Notes under the pieces: generated by a model | Told to the model about the DNA's origin: nothing | Database searches by the model: none | Seen by the model: only the letters and a program-made list of their open reading frames with translations | Made by a program: the position numbers and the translations under genes | Part shown: piece after piece, positions 9,473 through 18,902 of the stretch | Layout of the letters: the number at the start of each line of letters is the position of its first letter | Numbering within the stretch: position 1 is the first letter of the stretch | DNA from: an uncultured delta proteobacterium | GTDB lineage: Bacteria > Myxococcota_A > Polyangia > Polyangiales > Houyiibacteriaceae | Reading direction: 5' to 3' | Assembly: GCA_963699755.1 (NCBI GenBank) | Contig: CAVOVB010000002.1 | Span: 704,001-768,000 of the forward strand | DNA length: 64,000 bases

Positions 9473-9743
9473 GGAGGATTTCTAGTCGGCCGCGAAGCTG
9501 CCCGCCGCATGGTCCCGCGCGAGCGAGGGACGATCCTATTCACTGGTGCAACGGCAGCCCTGAAGGCCAGCGCCAACTCCACGGCGTTCGCGTCCGGCAA
9601 GCACGGCCTCCGCGCGGTTGCGCAAAGCATGGCCAAGGAGCTTGGACCCGAAGAGCATCGCAGACACGTACTTCTGGCTACACCAACAAGCACGCAACGC
9701 GTGGACCTTCGAGCTCCACCTTCGCCACTATGGAGAGCGCTGG
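9473..9743 (+). pseudogene. Short-chain dehydrogenase/reductase remnant (5'-truncated, internal deletion with frameshift)
   Basis: One frame reads GGFLVGREAARRM...GTILFTGATA...FASGKHGLRAVAQSMAKELGP. A second frame reads LDPKSIADTYFWLHQQARNAWTFELHLRHYGERW. No N-terminal Rossmann motif. Confidence 0.8.
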
Positions 9744-9812
9744 TCAGCGAAGCACGCCATCCGATCGGAGAACGGCTCGCGACGGGCGTGCTCGCGATTG
9801 GAATCGTATCGG

Positions 9813-9997
9813 GGCACGGAAAAAGGCGCGATATGGGTGGAGCCGACGTAGCGAGTGACAAGCGGTAGGACAGCAGCCACCCCCGGTTGGCGCGAGCTCC
9901 GAGGCGAGGCTTGCGTGGCCCAAGTTAACCAGTGAACCCTGCCAGCTTTGCAAGCCGAGCCGGTCGACGGAACCCATATCGCGCCTTTTTCCGTGCC
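9813..9997. mobile_element. 185-bp element bounded by perfect 26-bp inverted repeats (MITE-like or invertible segment)
   Basis: GGCACGGAAAAAGGCGCGATATGGGT at 9813-9838 and its exact reverse complement at 9972-9997. No credible ORF inside and no clear target-site duplication. Confidence 0.6.
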
Positions 9998-10002
9998 GCA
10001 AT

Positions 10003-12033
10003 CTAGTCCATTTCGCGGTATTGCTCTTCTTCGGGGTTCTCGTCCGCGTCCAGGAAGGCTAGGTCTTTCTGGCTGTAGATCCGCACGAGGCCGCGGCGGA
10101 TCGGAACTAGGAGCGCGATGCAAAGTGGGAAAAGCACGCCAAATGACGACTCTTTGACGAGCCAGAGAACGGACAAACAGGCAAGCTGGATCAAAGTGAA
10201 GCTGTGCAGGACCGTGCGCGAGACGCGCCTGATGTAGTGCGTCGGCGGATACAGGGTCGGATCGGTGACCCAGAGCTTGAGTCGGTCGACGAACTGATTG
10301 CTTCGCAGAGACGCGATGCCCATGAAGAGAAACAAGCCGAACACCACGGACATCGGAATGGCTCGAAGCGCTCCGAGAAAGAGCAGTGAGCAACCTATGA
10401 GTAGATGCACCAGCAGGGGGGTGAGGCGGTTCTCCATCACCGAAATGATGTGCTCGCCCCGCGCGTGATGCCGGACGGTCGCCAAGCTTCGAACGTGATT
10501 CAAGGAGCGAACCGTCGCGGCGACGACCCAGGGTAGGCCGATGATGGCGCAAAACGCCACGAGCACCGCAATCACGGTCATGTCGAGATTGTAGCCTGCC
10601 CCCTTTTTGAGCCTGTGCTGGGGGCTGTTGACTAGGCGAACGGTGATGTTTTGGTCCAAGAAGAGCAGCACAGCGGCTAGGGCCGCGATTGGAATCGACG
10701 CCAGCCAGAACCAAACAGGTGCTTCCTTCGGGTTGACCAACCAAGGGCGTCCGCTCGTCGTCGTGAAGGCTTCTGGGACCGCGAGGTGCTCGAGCTCGAT
10801 GGGGTGCATCGCCCAAGCTGCCGCTGTCATGGTGAAAATTGCGATAGCGGGACCGAAGTCCGCGAGGAATTCACGGACCGTCTTGGTGAGCAGCGGCTTC
10901 TGGCGGACGCGGGAGAGCTGCTGGGCGATCATGTAGGTTCCGAGGGCAAGAATCAGCGCAAGAAGCTCTCCGTTCGTGGGAACCTCGGTGCCGAAGATGT
11001 TGCCAAAGATGTCGCGAAGGGCCTCGGTGATGAAGATCAGTGCGATCAGGGCCGCGAAAATCTCGTCGGTGAATCGTGTGAAGTACAGGATGTACCGGCT
11101 GGTGTTGGTCACGGCCAAGACGAGCATGATCACCGAGGTCCAGATTCCTATCCAGAACAAGCCGGGAAGGAACGGAACGCCGAGCTGCTTACACAGAACA
11201 TAGAGGAGAGCGAGAAAGATCGTGACGGGACCCGTGCTGCCGAGAAGCGTCAGGGGCTGGCCGGAGAACAGTGCATAGACGATACCCCCGATCGCCGTCG
11301 CGAGAAGAGCTTCGACGGCACCGATCTCGCCGTCGGTGAGGAACGAGAGGAGCCCGCCGAAGGCGATCGAAGGCGCCAAGCACGCGAAGAACAAGAACAG
11401 GATCGTTGCTAACCCCTTGATGTTGAACCCGTCGGCGAAGTCGCCCGCATAGAAGGGGAGCTTTCGGCGAACGTCGGCGATCAGCCCCGCCGCAAAGCCG
11501 GTGACCGGTGGCGGGATGCTCGGATAGGTGGGAACGAGCGAAGGCCTTCGTTCATCGGGCGGCGCTTCGACGTACTCGAGGTAAAGCTGGTACGTTGCGA
11601 GCACCTGCATCGGGTCGTTGGCCCCGATGATCGAGGCGCTGAAGCGCTCGTCGTGCAGCATCCAACCAAAAGGTTCCAGGTCTTCGTTGGGTGGAGTGGG
11701 GGCGCCGTAGGGGGCGACGATCAGCCAAACGTAGTGGACCCTCTCGTGATCGCTAGCGCGAACCCCTTCGGGAAGCCGCATGAGTGCGCAGCGGCAGACG
11801 TCACCGTTCTGCGCCTCGTAACGCACTCGTAGAACGCCCACACCGCTCCCCAGGTCTTGAAGCTCCCCCTCGCCCCGTTCGTCGAGCGTCTTTTGAATCG
11901 CCAAGCGCTGGCGGTCGCTGAGCTTGCCCAGCCGGACGAGCTCGTCACCTGCCCGTTCGACGAGGCCCTGCAGATCGCTGGCAGCCAGGTCCAACAAGAT
12001 CTCGCTGTCGTGAAGACGCTGCTGCAAACCCAT
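10003..12033 (-). CDS. SLC4/band 3-like bicarbonate/borate transporter with an N-terminal PTS EIIA-like domain
   Basis: FLFFACLAPSIAFGGL, FSGQPLTLLGSTGP, FTRFTDEIF, FLDQNIT, KKGAGYNLD, AATVRSLNH, ENRLT and FGLFLFMG are hallmark SLC4 membrane-domain motifs. Confidence 0.9.
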   Translation of the reverse strand: MGLQQRLHDSEILLDLAASDLQGLVERAGDELVRLGKLSDRQRLAIQKTLDERGEGELQDLGSGVGVLRVRYEAQNGDVCRCALMRLPEGVRASDHERVHYVWLIVAPYGAPTPPNEDLEPFGWMLHDERFSASIIGANDPMQVLATYQLYLEYVEAPPDERRPSLVPTYPSIPPPVTGFAAGLIADVRRKLPFYAGDFADGFNIKGLATILFLFFACLAPSIAFGGLLSFLTDGEIGAVEALLATAIGGIVYALFSGQPLTLLGSTGPVTIFLALLYVLCKQLGVPFLPGLFWIGIWTSVIMLVLAVTNTSRYILYFTRFTDEIFAALIALIFITEALRDIFGNIFGTEVPTNGELLALILALGTYMIAQQLSRVRQKPLLTKTVREFLADFGPAIAIFTMTAAAWAMHPIELEHLAVPEAFTTTSGRPWLVNPKEAPVWFWLASIPIAALAAVLLFLDQNITVRLVNSPQHRLKKGAGYNLDMTVIAVLVAFCAIIGLPWVVAATVRSLNHVRSLATVRHHARGEHIISVMENRLTPLLVHLLIGCSLLFLGALRAIPMSVVFGLFLFMGIASLRSNQFVDRLKLWVTDPTLYPPTHYIRRVSRTVLHSFTLIQLACLSVLWLVKESSFGVLFPLCIALLVPIRRGLVRIYSQKDLAFLDADENPEEEQYREMD

Positions 12034-12115
12034 CCCGGTCCGAGGGAGCCAGATTCTACTATCTCGACTCCGATGGAAAGCAGGAAGTGAGCGTGGAACG
12101 TCTGAGGTGCGAAAA

Positions 12116-13453
12116 CTAGGCGTCGATGCAACGGCGAACGACTTCCATCAGCGTCTGCGTTCCCCAAGCCAAGCCGTCGATCGGGATTCTCTCGTTGTGC
12201 CCGTGGAACATGTCAGCGAATCGCAGCGCGAGTGGAAGCTTCACGGGCGCAAAGCCGTACCACTTCGCCCCGATCGAGGTGAAGGCCTTCGCATCGGTGA
12301 ATCCCTGCAGGATGAACGGAACCACGGGCGCGTCTGGGGCGCGCTGCCCCATGACCTCGTGGATCAGCGAGTACAAGGAAGACTCCTTGGGATCGGTTAC
12401 AACCTGTGGAAGCGCGTACATCACTTCGAGCTCGATGTCCGGGCCCAAGACGTCACCGAGCTCGCGCAAGAAATCTTCTTGGGTCTGGCCTGGCAGGATG
12501 CGACCGTCGATTTCCGCCTCAGCAAGACCCGGGATGACGTTCGTCTTGTTACCGGCGCGAAGAACCGTCGGCGACGCGGTATTGCCGAGCAATGCGCGGA
12601 ACGCTCTCCTCACCCCGGGGTCTGGTAGGAGATTGAGCATCGTGGGCCCGGTTGTCGGATTGGCGAGCATCTTGATGAGTGGTCTCAGTGGAGCGGGTAA
12701 ATGCGACGCGATCGATCCGATGAAACCCTGCACCGACGGGGACGCGTGGCATGGCAAACCCTGCTCACCGAGGCGCGCGATCGCCTCACTGAGTCGGATG
12801 ACGGCCGAGTCTTCCCGCGGCATGGATCCGTGGCCGGGCACGCCCCTGGCGCGCGCACGCACCCAGCAGACGCCCTTCTCCGCGACCTGTACCGTAAAGA
12901 AGCTCTTCCCGGCCACCTGGATGTTGAAGCCCCCGCCCTCCCCGATTGCAAACTCGCTTTGCACGAGCTCACGGTGGTTCTGGCAGAGCCAAAGCGAACC
13001 GTATCGGCAGCCTGCTTCTTCGTCTGCCACGCCCGCGAAGATCAGGTCGCGCTTCGGTCTGACCCGTTCGCGAGCGAGCCGCGTCACGATAGCGACTGAC
13101 ATCGCCGCCATGTTCTTCATGTCGATCGCCCCCCGACCCCAGAGGCAGCCATCGTGGACCTCGCCGCAAAACGGATGATGTTTCCACGCCGACGGGTCTG
13201 CCTCGACGACGTCTAGGTGGGCGGTGAGCAGAAGTGGCGGCAGCTCTCCGCTTCCTCGCAGACGTGCCACGACGTTGCCGCGACCGGGCGCGCTCTCCAT
13301 GACGACGGGCTCCAAGCCGGACCGGCTCAACTCTTCGGCAAGCAGCTCCGCGGCCGGCAGCTCGTTACCAGGCGGGTTGGTGGTGTCGATCCGCAGCAAT
13401 TGCTGGCAAAGCCCAAACGCATGCTCGGAGAGCTCCCGGTCGTCTTCGCTCAT
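12116..13453 (-). CDS. M20/M25/M40 family metallo-amidohydrolase
   Basis: AHLDVV, GRGAIDMK, DEEAG, GEGG, GFTD and HGHNE metal-ligand motifs. Confidence 0.92.
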   Translation of the reverse strand: MSEDDRELSEHAFGLCQQLLRIDTTNPPGNELPAAELLAEELSRSGLEPVVMESAPGRGNVVARLRGSGELPPLLLTAHLDVVEADPSAWKHHPFCGEVHDGCLWGRGAIDMKNMAAMSVAIVTRLARERVRPKRDLIFAGVADEEAGCRYGSLWLCQNHRELVQSEFAIGEGGGFNIQVAGKSFFTVQVAEKGVCWVRARARGVPGHGSMPREDSAVIRLSEAIARLGEQGLPCHASPSVQGFIGSIASHLPAPLRPLIKMLANPTTGPTMLNLLPDPGVRRAFRALLGNTASPTVLRAGNKTNVIPGLAEAEIDGRILPGQTQEDFLRELGDVLGPDIELEVMYALPQVVTDPKESSLYSLIHEVMGQRAPDAPVVPFILQGFTDAKAFTSIGAKWYGFAPVKLPLALRFADMFHGHNERIPIDGLAWGTQTLMEVVRRCIDA

Positions 13454-13534
13454 GACTTGGATTCGGTGTTAGGCCAGCGACTTCGATCATGCAACTTGAT
13501 CGCGCTTCGACATTGAATCAGGGTCATTGACTAG

Positions 13535-13909
13535 ATGAGCCTCTTCGAAGAGCTTGGCGGAGAGCCAAAGTTGCGAGCGATCGTCGACGACTTCGTCGAT
13601 CGCTGCTTCGACGACACGATGATTGGCTTCCTCTTCGCTCGCGCCGAACGAGAACGGATCAAGCGATTCGAATACCAGCACGCCGCCAAGAACCTGGGGG
13701 CAGCCCTCGAATATGAAGGCAGAGCGCTGGACGAGGCCCACAGACCGCACAAGATCTTCGGCGGGCAGTTCGACCGACGCAGGCAGATCTTGATCGAAAC
13801 CCTTCGCGACCACTGTGCCCCACAGGAAGTCCTCGAAGCCTGGGTGTCTCACCAGGATTCGCTGCGTTCGCTGATCACCCGCGACCCGGACTCGAACTGC
13901 CGGGGCTGA
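13535..13909 (+). CDS. Group 1 truncated (2/2) haemoglobin
   Basis: SLFEELGG start, IVDDF...D...IGFLF, YEGRALDEAH (proximal His), 124 aa. Confidence 0.85.
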   Translation: MSLFEELGGEPKLRAIVDDFVDRCFDDTMIGFLFARAERERIKRFEYQHAAKNLGAALEYEGRALDEAHRPHKIFGGQFDRRRQILIETLRDHCAPQEVLEAWVSHQDSLRSLITRDPDSNCRG

Positions 13910-13911
13910 TC

Positions 13912-14820
13912 ATGTCCCAAGCGATCGAAGGTCTCGTTGTTCGCTCCGCCGCCGGCTTCGTCGACGTCCAGATCGACGGAGAGGTCGTGCAAGCCCGACT
14001 GCGCGGTCGCCTTAAGAACAGGCCTCGTACGACCGACCTCTGCGTCATTGGCGATCGAGTGCTGCTGTCGCGCCCTGACTCCCAGAGCTTGGTCGTGGTC
14101 GAGGTGCTACCACGGCACAGCCGTTTCTCGAGACGGCAGCCAGGCCGCGGTCCGATGAAGGAAGACGTGCTCGTCGCAAATCTCGATCAACTACTGATCA
14201 CCTTCTGCCACGGTCGCCCATCGCTCAACACCCGGCTCCTCGATCGCTTTCTCGTCATCGCCGAGCACCAAGACATCGCGCCTGTCATCGTGATGAACAA
14301 GGCGGACCTGCGGGAACCCGGCGAGCAGGATTGGCAACGAGCGTACGAGCGCGTCGACTATCCGATCCTGACCGTAAGCGCCGGCACCGGCGAAGGCATG
14401 GACGCATTGAATCTGGCCCTACAAGCGAAGATTTCTGCGTTCGTCGGGCCCTCCGGGGTTGGCAAGAGCAGTCTGATCAACCGCATCCTGCCCGGGCTCG
14501 ATCTCGGCATCGCGAGCGTGAGCGGCCTTCACGGCAAAGGTCGTCACACGACCCGTGTGGCCACCCTCTACACCCTTCCCGGTGGCGGTTTTCTTGCCGA
14601 CACGCCTGGAATCCGAGAGCTCGGAACCTGGGCGCTTCCGATCGAGCATCTCGACCAGTGTTTTCCGGAGCTCAGCCCATATCGGGGGGAATGCGCGTTT
14701 CGAGCGTGCAGCCACACGCACGAGCCGGGCTGCGCGGTCGTCCAAGCTCTGAACGAAGGGGGGATCGATGCCGAACGATACGACAGCTACGTCCGGCTGC
14801 GCGAAGAGGCGGGCGCCTAG
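13912..14820 (+). CDS. rsgA: Ribosome small subunit-dependent GTPase A
   Basis: Circularly permuted GTPase motifs NKAD, GPSGVGKSS, GRHTT and DTPG, plus the zinc finger CAFRACSHTHEPGC. Confidence 0.96.
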   Translation: MSQAIEGLVVRSAAGFVDVQIDGEVVQARLRGRLKNRPRTTDLCVIGDRVLLSRPDSQSLVVVEVLPRHSRFSRRQPGRGPMKEDVLVANLDQLLITFCHGRPSLNTRLLDRFLVIAEHQDIAPVIVMNKADLREPGEQDWQRAYERVDYPILTVSAGTGEGMDALNLALQAKISAFVGPSGVGKSSLINRILPGLDLGIASVSGLHGKGRHTTRVATLYTLPGGGFLADTPGIRELGTWALPIEHLDQCFPELSPYRGECAFRACSHTHEPGCAVVQALNEGGIDAERYDSYVRLREEAGA

Positions 14821-16739
14821 TGCCCGGCTGCGTTCAGATCGAATCGCGCGCGCGCGATATCGTCGGATTCAACGTTGACCTGACGGCTGATGCTCCGACC
14901 ATCGGGAAGCTTGAAATCGAACGTCACACGCCCTAGCGGCGCGTAGACGGTCTGGATGGGGGTCCGTCCAAGGAGGTCGCCAGCGATATAGACGTCAGAT
15001 GGCGGCGTCGTTTCGACGTTCACGCGACCAAACGCCCCGGGCTTGGCGCCACCCTGCTTGCCAAGCAGCTTCGCAGTGACGCCTGCGGTCTCTCCCTGCG
15101 CAACTTGGACCTTCGTCGACCAGGAAGCAAAGCCAGGCGCCTCGACGCGCACTCGGTAGTCTCCTTCCATCAGGCCGGTCAGTGCGACGGGCGCGATGCC
15201 CTGCTCGATTCCATCCAGGAAGACTTTCGCCCCCGGCGGCGAAGACGCGATCAAGATGCGCGCTCCATTTTCCTGCAGGAGCGGATTCTCGTCGATCGCT
15301 ACTTCAGGTGGTCCCTTTTCCTCGAACATGACAGCAACGCGGTCGACCGCGTCTTTGACGACATCGGTCTGATCGTAAGCCGCAGCCCCTCCACCGATCA
15401 GCAGCAAGAGGAGCACCGCCAGCTGCTTCCAGCCAAAGCGCGACGTCTTTTGCGGAGCAGTTTGCGACTTCCGACGAGCCTTTCGCTTCGGAGCCCTCTT
15501 CTCATCGGGAGCCCGAGTCGATTGCTGGCTGCTGGCCGGTTCGGGCGCACTGGCCTTGTTGGCAGGTGCGGCCTGCGGCAGCACGACTGGTGCATCGATC
15601 AGGTGCCCCAGGTCGACACCGTCGGCGGCGCCGTCGATCTCGAGGTCTCGAATTGCACCGGGGACCTGGGACACGTACGACTTCTGGGAATCCAGAAGAT
15701 TGGCGTTGAGCATGTCGACAGAGATCGACGCCCCGAAAGGCACCGTATCCACGCGCGGTCCGCGCATGAACTCCTCCGGAAAGACCTTCTTGATGAAGTC
15801 GGCAACTTCGCGTTGCGTGGCAAGCTGATTGGTCGACTTGCCAAAAGCTTCGAGCTCGCCCGCGAATTCCTCGGCGGTCGCGAAGCGATCGTTCGCGTCT
15901 TTGGCGAGTGCCTTCTGCAGGATCTGCTCCAGCTCGTCCGGCGCGTCCGGAAGACGTTCCTTGAGCGAGGGCACTGGATCCATGATCACGGCGCGCATGG
16001 TCGCTGCTTCGGTCTTCCGACGGTAGAGTGAACGGCCCGTCAGCGACTCGAACACGCAAACGCCTAGGGCGAAGATGTCGAGCCGATGGTCCGACGGCGC
16101 AGCCGTGCATTGCTCGGGCGCCATGTACGCGAACTTACCCTTGACGACGCCTGCCTGAGTCTTGTGCGCGCGATGGTCCGCCTTGGCGATGCCGAAGTCG
16201 AGCAGCTTAGCCATGCCGTTGTAGCCAATCATGATGTTGTGCGGCGAGACGTCACGATGAATGATGTTGAAAGGCTCTCCGTGCTCGTCGTTCGCTATGT
16301 GCGCGTAGTGCAGTGCCTTCGCTACGTCCACTGCGATGCGAATGGCGATCGGTAGCCCAACACCACCTGAGTTGCGTGCCTTGCGAATCAAGCGCCCCAG
16401 GGGAACACCGTTGACCCACTCCATCACGATGAAGTGCGATCCGGCGTCCGCGCCGAACTGATGGAACTGGCAGATGTTCGGATGCTTGAGCTGCATTCCG
16501 ATCCGCGCCTCATCGAGGAACATCTGGACGAAGTCGCTGTCAGTCTCGAAGTGCGGAAGAATCCGCTTCACCACCAAGAAGCGGTGATCGCCGTCGGTGT
16601 CGGCGTGACGAGCAAGAAGGATTTCCGCCATTCCCCCGAGCGCGAGCCGCCCGAGGATGTCGTAACCGGCGAACTTCCCGAGGACGGGCAGGTCGACCGG
16701 TGGTTTGGGCAATTGGCTAGCTGCGGATTGTTGCGTCAA
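14817..16739 (-). CDS. Hanks-type Ser/Thr protein kinase with a TM segment and C-terminal PEGA domain
   Basis: LALGGMAEI, VVKRI, HRDVSPHN, DFGIAK, GKFAYMAPE, TM LAVLLLLLIGGGAAA, PEGA-like SSPPGAKVFLDG. TTG start chosen after GGGGGAG. Confidence 0.92.
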   Translation of the reverse strand: MTQQSAASQLPKPPVDLPVLGKFAGYDILGRLALGGMAEILLARHADTDGDHRFLVVKRILPHFETDSDFVQMFLDEARIGMQLKHPNICQFHQFGADAGSHFIVMEWVNGVPLGRLIRKARNSGGVGLPIAIRIAVDVAKALHYAHIANDEHGEPFNIIHRDVSPHNIMIGYNGMAKLLDFGIAKADHRAHKTQAGVVKGKFAYMAPEQCTAAPSDHRLDIFALGVCVFESLTGRSLYRRKTEAATMRAVIMDPVPSLKERLPDAPDELEQILQKALAKDANDRFATAEEFAGELEAFGKSTNQLATQREVADFIKKVFPEEFMRGPRVDTVPFGASISVDMLNANLLDSQKSYVSQVPGAIRDLEIDGAADGVDLGHLIDAPVVLPQAAPANKASAPEPASSQQSTRAPDEKRAPKRKARRKSQTAPQKTSRFGWKQLAVLLLLLIGGGAAAYDQTDVVKDAVDRVAVMFEEKGPPEVAIDENPLLQENGARILIASSPPGAKVFLDGIEQGIAPVALTGLMEGDYRVRVEAPGFASWSTKVQVAQGETAGVTAKLLGKQGGAKPGAFGRVNVETTPPSDVYIAGDLLGRTPIQTVYAPLGRVTFDFKLPDGRSISRQVNVESDDIARARFDLNAAGH

Positions 16740-16908
16740 TGCTCCCCCCAATACCTCCCTGCAAAACCGGTTCGACCGCAAGAGCGACCCGGTAGCCGGC
16801 TATCCCCCCGGCGGAAAGTGTCACAGCACACAGCATAGCCGTTCGAATCGTCCGGCCGCTAATTCGAGAGGATGGAATACCGACGAAGTCGGCGAGCTGT
16901 GGGGTTAA

Positions 16909-18087
16909 TCACAAAATACGCTCGGTGCTGCTGAGCTCGCGGCACATGTTTTTTTGGTGCGCTTCCAGGGTGCCGCCGCCGATTTCGAGGAGCTTGGCGT
17001 CTCGCCAGAGCCGCTCCACGCCATACTCGGCGACGTAGCCATAACCGCCTAGGACCTGAATCGCGCGGTCGGCCACATCCTTGGCCATCGTCGAGGTGAA
17101 GAGCTTTACGCCATCTGAGTCGAGCCGGTGGCCAGGGCTGTCCAAGCTCATGGTCGCCGCCGTGCAATAGGTGTAGGCGCGTCCGGCCATGTACTCGGCG
17201 TATGACTGGGAGATGTAGCGCTGGATTTGGCCGAAATCCCGCAACGGTTTGCCGAACGAGGTCCGCTCGCTCGCGTAGCGGTTCATCACTTCGATCGATC
17301 TGCGCGCGATCCCGAGGCTCATCGCTGCGAGTGTGACACGCTCGAGCTCTAGATTTCGCATCATGTGGAGCGTGGCTGCGCCTTCGCTGCCCACCAGGTT
17401 TTCCGCGGGCACCTGGCAGTCTTCGAAGACCAGCTCAGCCGTGGTCGAGGCGCGCATTCCAAGCTTGCCCTTGATCTTCTGGCCAAGGCTGAAGCCCGCA
17501 AACCCTTTTTCGACGATGAACATCGATAGCTGATTGCGCGGGCTCCCTTCCAGGCGAGCGTAAACGAGATAGGTGTCTCCGAGCTCCTCGTCGCTGACCG
17601 CGCCGTTCGTGATCCACATCTTGGCGCCATTGAGCAGGTACCCGTCGCCTTTTCGGATCGCCGTGGTCTGCATGCCCAGAACATCGGTGCCAGCGCCGGG
17701 CTCGCTCATGCACATCCCGCAGACCTTCTTGCCACTACAGGCGTCCGGCAGGTACTTGCGCCGTTGCTCATCGCTTCCGTTGATCTGCAGGTTGTTGGCG
17801 AAGAGCATCGAGTGCGCGAGATATGCCAGCGTGAAGCCTGGATCTGCCGCGGAAAGCTCCTCGTGTGCGATCACCGCAGCCACTGGGTCCAAGCCCGCGC
17901 CACCGAAGCGTTCTTCAACTGTGATTCCAAGAAGACCAAGCTCACCGAGCTTGCGGAAAAGATCGATGTTGAACCGCTCCTCCTGGTCCGACGCCTCGGC
18001 CTGCGGGTCGACTTCTCTTTCGGTGAACGAACGAACGAGCTCGCGAAGCGCGCGATGCTCATCGGTTGGGTTGAACAGGTCAGTCAC
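16909..18087 (-). CDS. Acyl-CoA dehydrogenase (isovaleryl-CoA dehydrogenase-like)
   Basis: CMSEPGAGTDV, KMWITNG, KLGMRASTTAEL, QVLGGYGY, RDAKLLEIGGGT. Confidence 0.92.
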   Translation of the reverse strand: MTDLFNPTDEHRALRELVRSFTEREVDPQAEASDQEERFNIDLFRKLGELGLLGITVEERFGGAGLDPVAAVIAHEELSAADPGFTLAYLAHSMLFANNLQINGSDEQRRKYLPDACSGKKVCGMCMSEPGAGTDVLGMQTTAIRKGDGYLLNGAKMWITNGAVSDEELGDTYLVYARLEGSPRNQLSMFIVEKGFAGFSLGQKIKGKLGMRASTTAELVFEDCQVPAENLVGSEGAATLHMMRNLELERVTLAAMSLGIARRSIEVMNRYASERTSFGKPLRDFGQIQRYISQSYAEYMAGRAYTYCTAATMSLDSPGHRLDSDGVKLFTSTMAKDVADRAIQVLGGYGYVAEYGVERLWRDAKLLEIGGGTLEAHQKNMCRELSSTERIL

Positions 18088-18178
18088 AGGGCGGACGTAA
18101 CATGCACGCCCCTAGATCGAAAGCAGATCAGACGCCGACCCCTTCGACTTGGGAGTCGACCCCCGAAAGCCGCGCACC

Positions 18179-18784
18179 TCAGGCCGCGTCAGCGACCGAC
18201 GAGCTGGTCAAAACACTCGCGACGATCGCGCGTGAAGCCGTCGCCGCTGCACGCTCGAGGTCGTCGATGCGGCCGTCCAGATGGGCTTCGGCGAGGCCGA
18301 AGATGATGCTGACCAGCAACTCGGCATGAAGCGCCGCATCCGCGGGCGCGAGCTCGGGGCGCAGTTGGACCACGATTTGGCGCATCCGCTCGCGAAGGCT
18401 CCCCGTGAGCAAGGACCAGCGCCTACCAAGCGCAGAGCTTTGATCGCGGCGATGGCTGAGGAAGACCTCGGCCAACTTGCGGTCGCGAACCAGAGACCGC
18501 GTGCACTTGCGCACGGCTTCTTCGAGAACCTCAGCAGCGCGATCGAGCTCAGCCGAGGCCTCTGGATTGAGGCCGGGGCCGAGCTCTTCCGCAACCCACT
18601 CAGCCACCTGTTCGAGGGCCTGACCCATGCTGCGGAAGTGCACGTAGAAGGTCGGCTGTGCCACTCCGGCGAGCTCAGCGACTCTTCCGGTGGTCAGGGT
18701 ACCGTATCCGTACCGCTGGATCGTTTTCAGAATCGCCTGAAGCAGGCGACGCCGTGTACGTTCCTTGTTGATTTGGCGAGACAT
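18179..18784 (-). CDS. TetR/AcrR family transcriptional regulator
   Basis: Start trimmed to MSRQINKERTRRRLL. HTH reads GYGTLTTGRVAELAGVAQPTFYVHF. Confidence 0.9.
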   Translation of the reverse strand: MSRQINKERTRRRLLQAILKTIQRYGYGTLTTGRVAELAGVAQPTFYVHFRSMGQALEQVAEWVAEELGPGLNPEASAELDRAAEVLEEAVRKCTRSLVRDRKLAEVFLSHRRDQSSALGRRWSLLTGSLRERMRQIVVQLRPELAPADAALHAELLVSIIFGLAEAHLDGRIDDLERAAATASRAIVASVLTSSSVADAA

Positions 18785-18902
18785 GTCGTTCGTGTAGCAG
18801 TCGAACCCACCTCGTTCCATCGAAACTTCAGCTGCGTTCGTGCTAATTACACAAAAGAAACAAAACTCGATCGGGCTAGGCGCAGAATATGCGGAGATCA
18901 GC

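Noticed and set aside
9301..9868. ORFs 9301-9858, 9407-9868, 9274-9861 and 9728-10816 as intact genes
   Set aside because: Only the SDR fragments are protein-like. The rest reads through non-coding or repeat DNA, or antisense to the SLC4 gene.
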